Below, piece after piece: positions 47,251 through 56,542 of a stretch of 64,000 nt of DNA. Under the pieces are notes generated by a model. It did not search any database. It saw nothing but the letters and a program-made list of their open reading frames with translations, and was not told where the DNA came from. The translations under genes were made by a program, and so were the position numbers. Numbering within the stretch: position 1 is the first letter of the stretch; every line of letters begins with the position of its first letter. This stretch comes from Candidatus Sericytochromatia bacterium. GTDB lineage: Bacteria; Cyanobacteriota; Sericytochromatia; UBA7694. Location: assembly GCA_964229355.1 (NCBI GenBank), contig CAXRDE010000005.1, positions 165,131 through 229,130 on the forward strand. Reading direction: 5' to 3'.

Positions 47251-48549
47251 TCATGGCACTTCGTCAATAAGAGAAAGCGCCAGTTTCCGCCCCGCTTGCA
47301 AAGCCCCCTGGATCGAGGCTGTTTCGGTATAATCACCGCCTACAAAAATCCCCGGTGCAGGTCCCAGCGGGGTACGCGAAGGGCGCTGTAAGCGGGGAGG
47401 CCTTTGTTGAGGCAAGCTCTCTGGTAAAAACATATCCGATAGAAAATGCCATTGCCCATTGCCACCAAACCACTGCCCCATTTGGGTCTGAATCGCCGCC
47501 AACAGCGGTGTCAAGGGCAGTGTCTGATAAGGTCCCAAAACACTCACACTGATAAGATGCTTCCCCTGGGGTGCGTAAGCGGGTGACACCTGACTCAGGT
47601 TTACCAAATGATTCACAGGCCCTGTGCCCATACCGTTCAACACCAAAATCGGCGAGGCCACCGGCTCCTCTTCTGCAACAAAATACAGGGTACGACTGCC
47701 CTGAAAGGGAACGGGAGGCACGCGATTGCCTAAAATATCCTGAGCCTGCCGGGCATCGGTCGCGATAACAAGCTGTCTTGCCTGAACAGTAATGGCCTGG
47801 CCTTCCCGTTGCAGAGTTAACGTATGCCACTGTTGTCGACCATCGCCCTGGGCAGTAAGCTGCTGTAAAGCACAGTGGTACCATAACTGCTCAGCAGGAA
47901 TCCATCGGGCCATTTGCTCAGGAATTTGCTGCATGCCTTTAGCGGGCAACACAGCACGGCCTTCGGCAAACATTTTCATCACAAAATAAAACATGGAGGC
48001 GCTGGTCGACAATTCAGGGTCTAAGAAGACCCCGCCTAAAAAAGGTTGAAAAAACTGTTGAATAAATGGCTCAGAGAACCCCCAGCTTCGGAGTGCCAGC
48101 GCGGTGGAAAGATCGGCCTGTTGGGAGAGGGAGTGCATCAAAGAATCGAGGGAGTGCTGTTGCACATAGCGACGCAGGTTCAAAATTTTAAGTTTGTCCA
48201 AAGGGGTGCCCACCTGAGCTAGCACGGTGGCAAAAATATCCTGGGGTTTGCGCAAGGGATCGCCAAGCAAGCAAGGGCCCTCTGGCAACATGATTTGCGC
48301 CCCGGGATAAAAGGCCTGGAAGTCCAGGGCTTCATAATCAAGCCAACGCCGTCCTTCAGGATAGGCCTCTAAATAAAGTTGAAAACCCCGATCCAGTAAA
48401 AAACCGTCCTGTTGGAAGGTACGAACACGGCCGCCGGGGGCATCGTTGGCTTCTATAAGTAAAAAATCGCGGCCCTGCTCTTGCAAGGTTCGTGCGCAGG
48501 CCAACCCGGTCATGCCAGCGCCTACGATCAGGGTGTCTGTTTTAAACAT
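47251..48549 (-). CDS. NAD(P)/FAD-dependent oxidoreductase (amine oxidase / phytoene desaturase-like fold)
   Basis: Start at MFKTDTLIVGAGMTGLACARTL (GxGxxG dinucleotide motif; AGGAGAAA RBS) ...LIEANDAPGGRVRT. C-terminal FAD-binding segment GIFVGGDYTETASIQGA. Confidence 0.8.
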   Translation of the reverse strand: MFKTDTLIVGAGMTGLACARTLQEQGRDFLLIEANDAPGGRVRTFQQDGFLLDRGFQLYLEAYPEGRRWLDYEALDFQAFYPGAQIMLPEGPCLLGDPLRKPQDIFATVLAQVGTPLDKLKILNLRRYVQQHSLDSLMHSLSQQADLSTALALRSWGFSEPFIQQFFQPFLGGVFLDPELSTSASMFYFVMKMFAEGRAVLPAKGMQQIPEQMARWIPAEQLWYHCALQQLTAQGDGRQQWHTLTLQREGQAITVQARQLVIATDARQAQDILGNRVPPVPFQGSRTLYFVAEEEPVASPILVLNGMGTGPVNHLVNLSQVSPAYAPQGKHLISVSVLGPYQTLPLTPLLAAIQTQMGQWFGGNGQWHFLSDMFLPESLPQQRPPRLQRPSRTPLGPAPGIFVGGDYTETASIQGALQAGRKLALSLIDEVP

Positions 48550-48607
48550 GCTGTTTCTCCTGAGAAATTCTAACGCAAGATCCAAGTTCCTTTGCTATGC
48601 TGACCAC

Positions 48608-49396
48608 ATGCTTATTCGTATTTCAAAGGCTCACCATATCTACCACGGTGATGTGATGGAAATGTTGCATCAGATTCCTGATCACAGCATCGACCTTATT
48701 TTTTTGGACCCGCCGTATAATCTGGGCAAAGATTTTGGTCAATGCAAAGATCAGTGGCAGTCTCCAGAGGAATATATGCAATGGTGTTATCAATGGCTGG
48801 CCCTCTGTCTGCAAAAACTAAGTCCCACGGGCAGTATCTATTGCATGGCCGCCACCCAGTTTATGCCCTATTTTGATCTTTATCTGCGCGAGCATGTGCA
48901 TATTCTGTCGCGCATTGTGTGGCGTTACGACAGCTCAGGTCGCCAGGCGAAAAAATACTTTGGCTCCCTTTATGAACCCATTCTCTATGGGGTTAAAAAT
49001 CACAGGAAATACGTGTTTAACGCCCACCAGATTCAAGTACCCGCCAAAACCGGTGCCGAGCGCAAGCTGATGGATTATCGCGCCAATCCCCCCCGTACCT
49101 ATAACGCCACCAAAGTGCCGGGAAACGTGTGGGAATTTTCACGGGTGCGCTTTCGCATGAAAGAATACAGTCCCCACCCTTCTCAAAAGCCAGAGGCCCT
49201 GCTGGAGCGTATTGTTTTGGCCAGCAGCCATCCTGGTCAGACTGTTTTGGACCCTTTTGCAGGGACCTTTACCACTGCTGCGGTATGCGCCCGCCTGGAT
49301 CGTTGCTCCATTAGCATCGAACAGGAGGCTGAGTATGTCCATCGCGGCCAGCAGAGAATCACAGAAATTTTAAACAAAAAACGCAAAAACGCTTAA
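48608..49396 (+). CDS. Beta-class (CcrM/M.HinfI-like) DNA N6-adenine or N4-cytosine methyltransferase, apparently orphan
   Basis: HHIYHGDVMEMLHQIPDHSIDLIFLDPPYNLGK (DPPY motif IV near the N-terminus, the beta-class order). C-terminal SAM motif I region VLDPFAGTFTTAAV. No adjacent restriction endonuclease candidate. Confidence 0.85.
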   Translation: MLIRISKAHHIYHGDVMEMLHQIPDHSIDLIFLDPPYNLGKDFGQCKDQWQSPEEYMQWCYQWLALCLQKLSPTGSIYCMAATQFMPYFDLYLREHVHILSRIVWRYDSSGRQAKKYFGSLYEPILYGVKNHRKYVFNAHQIQVPAKTGAERKLMDYRANPPRTYNATKVPGNVWEFSRVRFRMKEYSPHPSQKPEALLERIVLASSHPGQTVLDPFAGTFTTAAVCARLDRCSISIEQEAEYVHRGQQRITEILNKKRKNA

Positions 49397-49407
49397 AAAC
49401 GCACACA

Positions 49408-51465
49408 ATGGGTATAATAAAAGTATCCCATTCATTTTATAGGAAAGCGTGCCTCTGCTCCATGAACATTAACACCCGCCCCAACACCCCTCAGGCGCCG
49501 CTCTCTTCTCAAGCTTCTGGAGAGGCTGCCGCCACCCCAACACCACCTCCCACAAATCCGTCAGCAAAAACGGGCACAGAGAATGCAACCCCGTCTTCTA
49601 CCCCCGTGGATCAACTGCTCGTTGAACTTCCGCTGAAGCCTGCCACAGCCGCTTCCACCGTTGCAAAGGGTTTACTGTTTGACGATACTGCTCCAACCCC
49701 TGAAATTTCAGAACGCCTCAGTTACGGAGGCTTTGCCCTTGACAACCCCGATTTGGGAGGGCGCTTAATCAGTCTGCGCCAGGCTTTTGCTCCGGGTGAA
49801 AATAACACCCTGAACCCCAACAATTATAAGGTGATTACCCAGGCTCCCAAAAATGTGGCCCGCATGAACGTGTACGGTGAAACCTCACGTCACATTCAAA
49901 GTTTCTCAGATATCAAAACCTTAAACCAGGAAACCATTAACCAGCATCTCAGCCAAACCCTTGGGCGTGCGCCTACCGAAGCAGAAGTCAAAGCCTATCT
50001 GCAAGAAAATGGCAACGCCATGGCACAGATGCTCGGCGATGATCTCAGCGATAAATACAGCAGCTTTACCAGCGTGGGACTCACCGGCGATGTGAACACC
50101 CTGGATCCCTTTCGCTCCGCAGGCTCTGATGATAATAGCATCGTGGTGTGTACCAATATCCACGCCTCAGTGGCCGCTTACCGGCAAGAAGTATTGGGGC
50201 AAGAAGCGTATGTGATGACCACCAATGGTAACGATCAGGCCCATATCGTCACTGTCTATTTTGACCCGGCCAAAGAAAGCTGGAACATCCAAAATTATGG
50301 CACCATCGTCGAAACCCAGGCCAAAGACCTGCGTCAGCTTTTTGAAGAGTATCTGCCCGATCAACGCTACATCACCCTGGGCAGTGTCAACGAAGACAAA
50401 ATTGGCTTAACCCGCGACACCCGCACCCCCCTGGGTGAAAGAGAATACCGTTTTCGTTCCCAATTGGGCGCCGGTCAAGCTCCGCTGAACACCCAGAGCG
50501 GCAGTTTTGTCGAGGTGGGCAACCGAGAATTGTCAGCCGGACTGGGCGGGCTCAAGGTATCCTTTGATCCCACGACGACCACCGCGGCTCTGAATTATCA
50601 TCAACGCACTGTGGACGGAAAGCAGGAGCACATTCGGGGCCTGGGGGTAGAAGCTCAGGATCACACCAATGACTTTGGCTTTCAGCGTCAACGCATTGAC
50701 GCCAAGTACGAAAGCCAAAAAACCACCCATGAACACCATAGCCCCGGTCACGAAAAATATACCCGCAGTTACCTTAACGTACACGCAGGTATTGAAGATA
50801 CCAGTGAAGCAGGGCCTATTTACTGGGCCAACAACAGCGACACAGGCCCTGCTGCACGGGTTGGAGCCTTTTATTCGCACACCCAAAACAATCTGTACGG
50901 TACCCAGCCCTTACGTTTTGAATGGGGCACCCAGTTCAATGCAGGACTCACCGCCACGGTGGGAACCCAGGGCGACGATTTTTATAGTCAGTACGTGACC
51001 CGCACTTTAGGGGACGCCGTCTTAGAAGGGCAAACCAATGTGGGGCTACGCTATGACAACAAAGGATTCAGCGCGAGAGCGGGACTTACGCCACGCCTTG
51101 ATCTGGCCAATATCAACGGTATACAAAATGTGGGGCAACAACTCAACAACACCTTTGAGTTAGAGGCCTACGGCGAAATCAGTTACCGGGGAGATCGGGG
51201 ACAAATCGCGCTGATGACCCAGGCTGATTTACGACACGCAGGGGTTTTTGAGGTGGGCGCCATGAGCCAGTTGAACCTGACAGAAAAGCTCTCCTGGGGC
51301 AATAGCTTTAGCCATCAAAACGATCCTGTATTGGGCAATCGTACCGGTTGGCGCACAGGCTTACAGTACGAACCGTTGGAACGCCTAAACATTTATGGTA
51401 ATGTAGGAACAAATCTGAAAGGTCAAGGTCAGTTTGGTATCGGAGCTGCCTGGCGTTTTGACTAA
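49408..51465 (+). CDS. Large hypothetical protein (685 aa), no signal peptide, Pro/Thr-rich N-terminus, Gly/Asn/Thr-rich beta-rich C-terminal half
   Basis: Long clean ORF. Alternative start at MNINTRP (49462) has an AGGAAAG RBS. Contains a C/H/N arrangement (VVCTNIH, 31 aa to QAHIVTV, then ESWNIQNYG) and ends ...GIGAAWRFD. Confidence 0.55.
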   Translation: MGIIKVSHSFYRKACLCSMNINTRPNTPQAPLSSQASGEAAATPTPPPTNPSAKTGTENATPSSTPVDQLLVELPLKPATAASTVAKGLLFDDTAPTPEISERLSYGGFALDNPDLGGRLISLRQAFAPGENNTLNPNNYKVITQAPKNVARMNVYGETSRHIQSFSDIKTLNQETINQHLSQTLGRAPTEAEVKAYLQENGNAMAQMLGDDLSDKYSSFTSVGLTGDVNTLDPFRSAGSDDNSIVVCTNIHASVAAYRQEVLGQEAYVMTTNGNDQAHIVTVYFDPAKESWNIQNYGTIVETQAKDLRQLFEEYLPDQRYITLGSVNEDKIGLTRDTRTPLGEREYRFRSQLGAGQAPLNTQSGSFVEVGNRELSAGLGGLKVSFDPTTTTAALNYHQRTVDGKQEHIRGLGVEAQDHTNDFGFQRQRIDAKYESQKTTHEHHSPGHEKYTRSYLNVHAGIEDTSEAGPIYWANNSDTGPAARVGAFYSHTQNNLYGTQPLRFEWGTQFNAGLTATVGTQGDDFYSQYVTRTLGDAVLEGQTNVGLRYDNKGFSARAGLTPRLDLANINGIQNVGQQLNNTFELEAYGEISYRGDRGQIALMTQADLRHAGVFEVGAMSQLNLTEKLSWGNSFSHQNDPVLGNRTGWRTGLQYEPLERLNIYGNVGTNLKGQGQFGIGAAWRFD

Positions 51466-51495
51466 GGAATCACTGCCCCACTGAAGGATCCACCG

Positions 51496-52824
51496 ATGAC
51501 TCAGGCCGAATTGGAACCCGAATTTTTGCTTGCGATGCAAGCCTACCTCTCGGGAAGACTTGCAGAAGCTGAACAGCACTTTAACCAGATTACCCTACGC
51601 TGGCCCCATTGTATTGAAGCCTGGTTCCAGCGGGCAGATATTGCCGAACAACAGCAGAACTTTGAAGCTGCCATCTCCCATTACGAAAAAGTTTTAGCCC
51701 ACAATCCCGAAGTTCAAGAGGTATGGTTCCGCCTGGGCAGTATTGCCGCCCACCAAAACATGCCCGAATTGGCCATCAACTACTGGAATCAAGCGCTGAA
51801 AATCAATCCTCAATACGCAGAACCGCACCTGCATTTGGGTTTGCTTTATGCCCGCTCAGAACATCCGTTGGCACAGCAGCACCTCGAGCAAGCCAGTCAG
51901 TTAAGCGAGAGCCCTCTGCCCTTGATTGCTTTGGCCCGCACCCTATTATGGCAAAACCAGCATCGCACCGCAGCTCAGGTTATTGCCGCTATTTTAAACG
52001 CACTGACCCAGGCTGAGACGCTCTCCCCGGTATATCCCCATGCCCTGGCCATTGCGGTACAAATTGCCCATGAACAGCAGGATGATGAACGCGCCCTGAG
52101 CTTGCTCAGTGAATCGCAGCTTTTTCCAGAACAGCAGCTCACGCTCAAAAACCTCTACCTTTCTCTTAAGGCTCCTGCAGAAGCGATCGCAGACTTTCTA
52201 GACAAGCTGAAGCAGCTTCCACCGCCTTCTCTACCTCCAGAAGCCATTCCAAACCTTCTGGCCTGGGATAAACACCACGTACAACAACAAGTTCGCCACT
52301 ATCTTTTTGCAGACAAACCTCGGGCATCATCGGTATTGCACACCGCTCCAACAGCACCCTTTCGCCTGATTTGCTTGATTCACGAAAGCGCTATCCCCCT
52401 GTGGCCCACGTATCTCGCTTACTTGAAAACTTTACCACGACAGTATTGGGACCTTCAGCTCCTGGTTCTACATCAACATCCCCTGCCCATAGATACACTC
52501 AAAGCCACCGTTCATCAGCTTAAACCCGAAAAAGCCCATGGGTGGCTGGAGCAGCATTCCTTTAATCTTTTGCTCCATACCGGTGTGGATCGTCAGGCAG
52601 ATGCGCTGGCCCTGGCTCAGGCCTGTCGCAGCTTTAGGATACCGTCTTTAAAATGGACCCCTTACAGTGTGGATGCTTTTGATTACAAGGCCCTTGAAGA
52701 CCCTTGCTTTTCTGGCGAGTTAAGCTGTCAATCACTTCATGACTCCCCTCCCGATCCGTTACACTTACACCGTTGGAGTGTTTCTCTCCAGCACCATTTA
52801 CGTCAATCATTCTCCACGTTTTAA
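51496..52824 (+). CDS. TPR-repeat protein
   Basis: Multiple TPR-like units (AEAEQHFNQITLRWPHCIEAWFQRADIAEQQQNFEAAISHYEKVLAHNPEVQEVWFRLGSIAAHQNMPELAINYWNQALKINPQYAEPHLHLGLLYA). Confidence 0.7.
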   Translation: MTQAELEPEFLLAMQAYLSGRLAEAEQHFNQITLRWPHCIEAWFQRADIAEQQQNFEAAISHYEKVLAHNPEVQEVWFRLGSIAAHQNMPELAINYWNQALKINPQYAEPHLHLGLLYARSEHPLAQQHLEQASQLSESPLPLIALARTLLWQNQHRTAAQVIAAILNALTQAETLSPVYPHALAIAVQIAHEQQDDERALSLLSESQLFPEQQLTLKNLYLSLKAPAEAIADFLDKLKQLPPPSLPPEAIPNLLAWDKHHVQQQVRHYLFADKPRASSVLHTAPTAPFRLICLIHESAIPLWPTYLAYLKTLPRQYWDLQLLVLHQHPLPIDTLKATVHQLKPEKAHGWLEQHSFNLLLHTGVDRQADALALAQACRSFRIPSLKWTPYSVDAFDYKALEDPCFSGELSCQSLHDSPPDPLHLHRWSVSLQHHLRQSFSTF

Positions 52825-52830
52825 AGGAAT

Positions 52831-53226
52831 TTGTTCTTCATGATAACGCCTCCTGCTCGCGTCCCCCTTGCGTTTTTTCAGTCCTTACAAAGCAACGACC
52901 CCATTGCCACCTGGCAAAGCCTGTCTTTACGGAGTCAACGCGTCATTGTCCGTTTGCTGGCCCAGCAACTCCCTTACGATACGATCAGCAGCCTCGATAA
53001 GGCCTTTGCGGAAGGTAAAGAACCTGCCATTACCTATTGGCAAAGCTTTCGCCAGAGTCTCGATCTGAACCAGTGGTTACAGCAACAGTACCAGGCATTA
53101 GGAGAATCCAATGGAGAAGTCCTGGTCAAATGCCTTCCTTCAGGGATTCATTTGCGGGTTCTGCTAGAAAATCAGCAATGGAAGTTCGGCTACATTGAGA
53201 CGTTTATGGACGGTTTAGTGGACTAA
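52831..53226 (+). CDS. Hypothetical protein (131 aa)
   Basis: ORF 6 nt after the TPR gene on the same strand. No motif. Confidence 0.35.
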   Translation: MFFMITPPARVPLAFFQSLQSNDPIATWQSLSLRSQRVIVRLLAQQLPYDTISSLDKAFAEGKEPAITYWQSFRQSLDLNQWLQQQYQALGESNGEVLVKCLPSGIHLRVLLENQQWKFGYIETFMDGLVD

Positions 53227-53354
53227 ACCCCGCTGTAAAAGGAGCCTTAAATCAGAGAAAGAGAAGTATAAAAAGAGGGTTTACCTTCTTTTTTTTCAAA
53301 CCGAAAGGTTTTACGCTAAATAAAACCAAATCAATACAAAGTAGGTCTTTTCTT

Positions 53355-53879
53355 ATGAACGCTTCTCGCTTCACCCTCTATTTGGGTCTTATGACATTCC
53401 TTTTAAGCCCCCAGGCCATGGCCAACGCTCCGACTGCTGCACCTCCGCCTGCGCCCAGTCAGATGGTAAAATTGTCTTCCATGGGCCATCTGGTAAACCA
53501 TGATAAGCGCATTAGCACCTTTAAAACCCTACTTCATCAAGCCAAACTTGAGTCTGTGCTTAACGCTCATGGTGCAATGACCCTGTTTGCACCAAGTAAC
53601 GAAGCCTTAGGAGAACTTCCCAAATCCATCACCCATAAGCTGGAACACGATGCCAAATTTCGCAAAGCGTTTATTATGTCCCACGTGTTCGCTGGAAAAA
53701 TGAGCACGGATTTTCTCAGAAAAACCGATACCATTCGCGCGTTGACTGCCCGCGAGTATATGATTCGCAAAGAAAACAATACCCTGCTTGTGGATAATCA
53801 AAGTTTTCTTGCCCAGGATATTAACGCCAGTAACGGCATGCTCCACATTGTTAACGGTCCCCTTATACAGGCCGATTAA
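53355..53879 (+). CDS. Fasciclin (FAS1) domain secreted protein
   Basis: Signal peptide. HGAMTLFAPSNEALGEL and NGMLHIVNGPLI are canonical FAS1 H1/H2 motifs. Confidence 0.8.
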   Translation: MNASRFTLYLGLMTFLLSPQAMANAPTAAPPPAPSQMVKLSSMGHLVNHDKRISTFKTLLHQAKLESVLNAHGAMTLFAPSNEALGELPKSITHKLEHDAKFRKAFIMSHVFAGKMSTDFLRKTDTIRALTAREYMIRKENNTLLVDNQSFLAQDINASNGMLHIVNGPLIQAD

Positions 53880-53937
53880 GCACAAGAGAGAATGCTATAC
53901 TGGCCTTATGTTCTACATCAAGCACAAAGGATTTTAC

Positions 53938-54504
53938 ATGCGACAGCGTTCTCTTCTCAAACAAGGCCTCTTCAGCACGCTGTGTTGGGGCGCCATGACT
54001 TCCCCACTGTGGAGCTGCCCGCTTCCCACTGAAGCAGTGCAGCGGGTTTTTGAAAACACGCCGGCCCTTGAACAGCGCAGTCAACTGCCAGGACGCTGTG
54101 ATTACTCCTGGGCCCGGGCAGAGCAGGCCCAGATTGCAGAGCAAAATGCAGAACGACTAAAACAAGGCGCCGGCTCAAACCCCACCCAGGCTCCGCTTTG
54201 GCATCGTCTTCAGTTGGAGGTTTACGCCCAGCTGGAGTCCGTGAGCCAGGCCAAAAGTCAATTTCAAACGCTTCTGAACGAAGGCCCTCCTCAGCGTTAC
54301 GGGAGCCCAGACCCCTTGCAAAAACTCCAATTCACCCAAATACGGCCCTATACCGCGTGGGACAAGCAGCAATCGGCCCTGCTTTTTGTAAAAGACAATG
54401 CGATTTATCGCCTGCATCTGCAAGTGCCTGGCTTAACGCCCGAAAAAACCCTCGAAAAAGCGCTCGCTCTGAGTGAAGCGGTAAGCTCTCCGAAAGCCCC
54501 TTAA
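53938..54504 (+). CDS. Hypothetical secreted protein
   Basis: Start chosen at MRQRSLLKQGLFSTLCWGAMTSPLWSC (AAGGA RBS, signal-like). Ala/Gln-rich helical protein. Confidence 0.35.
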   Translation: MRQRSLLKQGLFSTLCWGAMTSPLWSCPLPTEAVQRVFENTPALEQRSQLPGRCDYSWARAEQAQIAEQNAERLKQGAGSNPTQAPLWHRLQLEVYAQLESVSQAKSQFQTLLNEGPPQRYGSPDPLQKLQFTQIRPYTAWDKQQSALLFVKDNAIYRLHLQVPGLTPEKTLEKALALSEAVSSPKAP

Positions 54505-54507
54505 GCA

Positions 54508-54969
54508 TTGGGCGCATTTCTGCTCTTTTTAATTTATGGCAGCATGGTCTTTTTTGAAGGGGTCTTGCTTTACCAGATTCTTGAGGATCACGAAAAAAAG
54601 AGTTTTAATCAAACCCTGGGCGATGTCGTTGCCGTCAATCTGTGCACTTTGGTGTGCATTGTCTTTATTTTTGGCCCCGTGCTTTCACGGCTACAGCGTA
54701 CGGGCACTATGACCCAGTTCTTTCAAACCATGCTGGTCACCTGGCCCCAGGAAATTGTCAAAATCTGTTTTTTCTCTATTGTCGTAGACGCCCTGTTTCT
54801 GGCTATTTGGTTTGCTTATCGTTACCCGGAACAAAAGCCTGACTTTTTTATGTCTGCGCTACGGGGAGCCCTGATGAATGTACCGGCATTTATTGTCTTA
54901 AGTATTTCCTGGGCTTTTACAGAAATCATGCGTGCCTTCTTTCAATTTTTAGGGGGCGGACGCGTCTAA
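54508..54969 (+). CDS. Small integral membrane protein, hypothetical
   Basis: 153 aa with ~4 TM helices. Confidence 0.4.
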   Translation: MGAFLLFLIYGSMVFFEGVLLYQILEDHEKKSFNQTLGDVVAVNLCTLVCIVFIFGPVLSRLQRTGTMTQFFQTMLVTWPQEIVKICFFSIVVDALFLAIWFAYRYPEQKPDFFMSALRGALMNVPAFIVLSISWAFTEIMRAFFQFLGGGRV

Positions 54970-55008
54970 ACATAAGGTACACTGTAAAAAAATGGGAAGG
55001 TAAAACCT

Positions 55009-56199
55009 ATGTCTCAAGATGTTGTTATTGTCAAGGCGCTCAGAACGCCCTTTGGAAAATTTGGAGGTTCTCTGGCCAGTCTTAGCGCTGTGGAACTGGG
55101 GGCTCACGCTATTCATTCGGTACTTCAAGATACCCCTGTAACCAGCGAGCTTATTGATGAAGTCATTATGGGGATTGTGGTCAATGCTGGCGTGGGACAA
55201 ATCCCCTCCCGTCAGGCCGCCGCGAAAGCCGGTCTGGGCACCCAGGTCAAATCCACCACCATTAACAAAGTCTGCGCCTCAGGCATGAAGGCCGTTGGCT
55301 TAGCGGCTCAGGGCATTCGTGCCGGAGATCGGCAGATTGTGGTGGCCGGGGGTATGGAAAGCATGAGTAACACCCCTTATCTCATGCCCAAAGCCCGCTG
55401 GGGCATGCGCATGGGAGATGCAGAACTGGTAGATTCGATGATTCATGATGGTCTCTGGTGTGCCTTTCATGACGTCCATATGATTATTCATGGTTCCAAT
55501 GTGGCCAAAGAATACGGCATTAGCCGAGAAGCCCAGGATGAATGGGCCTTGCGCAGCCATGAGTTAGCAGCCAAAGCCATTGCCTCAGGACGTCTGGCCA
55601 AAGAAATTGCAGCCCTGGAGATTGCCCAACGCAAAGGTGAGCCCATCAAGGTACAGGACGATGAGTCCGTCAGAGCTGACACTTCTCTCGAAAAACTCGC
55701 TCAACTCCGCCCTGTGTTTGATAAAGAAGGTAGCATCACAGCAGGTAACGCCCCTGGCATTAACGATGGTGCGGGCGCACTGCTGGTGATGTCAGCAGAG
55801 AAAGCCCAGGAGCTGGGACTCCAACCGCTGGCACGTATCGTTGCCTACGGAGAAGTCGCTGATGATTACCCTTATTTGGCGCGCACGCCCGCCAATGCCA
55901 TCAAAGTAGCCCTGCAACAGGCACAGATGACCACCGATCAACTTGACCTTATCGAAATCAACGAAGCCTTTGCTGCGGTGACCTTATTGAGTACGCAAAT
56001 GCTCGAGGTGAGCCCTGACATTGTAAATGTCAACGGAGGAGCCATTGCTATGGGTCATCCCGTGGGAGCAAGTGGAGCACGCCTGGTAGCCACCCTTGCT
56101 CATGAGCTCATGCATCAGGGCAAACGTTTTGGCGCAGCAGGAATTTGCAGTGGCGCAGCCCAGGGCGATGCCATTATTTTAGAAAACTTGACCCTCTAA
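55009..56199 (+). CDS. Acetyl-CoA C-acetyltransferase (thiolase II)
   Basis: VVIVKALRTPFGKFGGSL, NKVCASGMKAV (active Cys), GGMESMS, NGGAIAMGHPVGASGARL, GAAGICSGAAQGDAIILE: complete thiolase signatures. Confidence 0.95.
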   Translation: MSQDVVIVKALRTPFGKFGGSLASLSAVELGAHAIHSVLQDTPVTSELIDEVIMGIVVNAGVGQIPSRQAAAKAGLGTQVKSTTINKVCASGMKAVGLAAQGIRAGDRQIVVAGGMESMSNTPYLMPKARWGMRMGDAELVDSMIHDGLWCAFHDVHMIIHGSNVAKEYGISREAQDEWALRSHELAAKAIASGRLAKEIAALEIAQRKGEPIKVQDDESVRADTSLEKLAQLRPVFDKEGSITAGNAPGINDGAGALLVMSAEKAQELGLQPLARIVAYGEVADDYPYLARTPANAIKVALQQAQMTTDQLDLIEINEAFAAVTLLSTQMLEVSPDIVNVNGGAIAMGHPVGASGARLVATLAHELMHQGKRFGAAGICSGAAQGDAIILENLTL

Positions 56200-56200
56200 C

Positions 56201-56542
56201 ATGTCAGATAACGCATTGAATGTGCTGACCCTGGCTACTGAGTTGGAAAGTCAGCTCATTCAGTCGTTATCAGTAACCGCTTCAGGTTCACAGCTTGTGC
56301 TGGCACCGCAACTGCTGTCACGCTTTTTTGAAGTCTTAAAAGAGGCCACCCGCTATGCCCAACAGGAAGGGTTTCAGCGGGTGGCCTTATTGTGTGATCC
56401 ACGCATTCGTAGAGAGCTTCGCCTCTTGGTCGAGAGGGCTTATCCTCAGATGCCCGTTTTATCGTATGCAGAAATAGCGCCAGGGTTTTTCGTGCAAAAT
56501 GTTCGAACCCTGAATCTGGAAAGTTCTATTTTACCAGAATAA
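56201..56542 (+). CDS. Hypothetical protein (113 aa) downstream of thiolase
   Basis: ORF starting 2 nt after the thiolase stop. Confidence 0.35.
   Translation: MSDNALNVLTLATELESQLIQSLSVTASGSQLVLAPQLLSRFFEVLKEATRYAQQEGFQRVALLCDPRIRRELRLLVERAYPQMPVLSYAEIAPGFFVQNVRTLNLESSILPE

Noticed and set aside
53271-53298. Weak hairpin aagaggg-ttta-ccttct followed by a T8 run, after the 131-aa ORF
   Set aside because: The stem has a mismatch and is only 6 bp. Possible terminator, but too weak to list as a feature.
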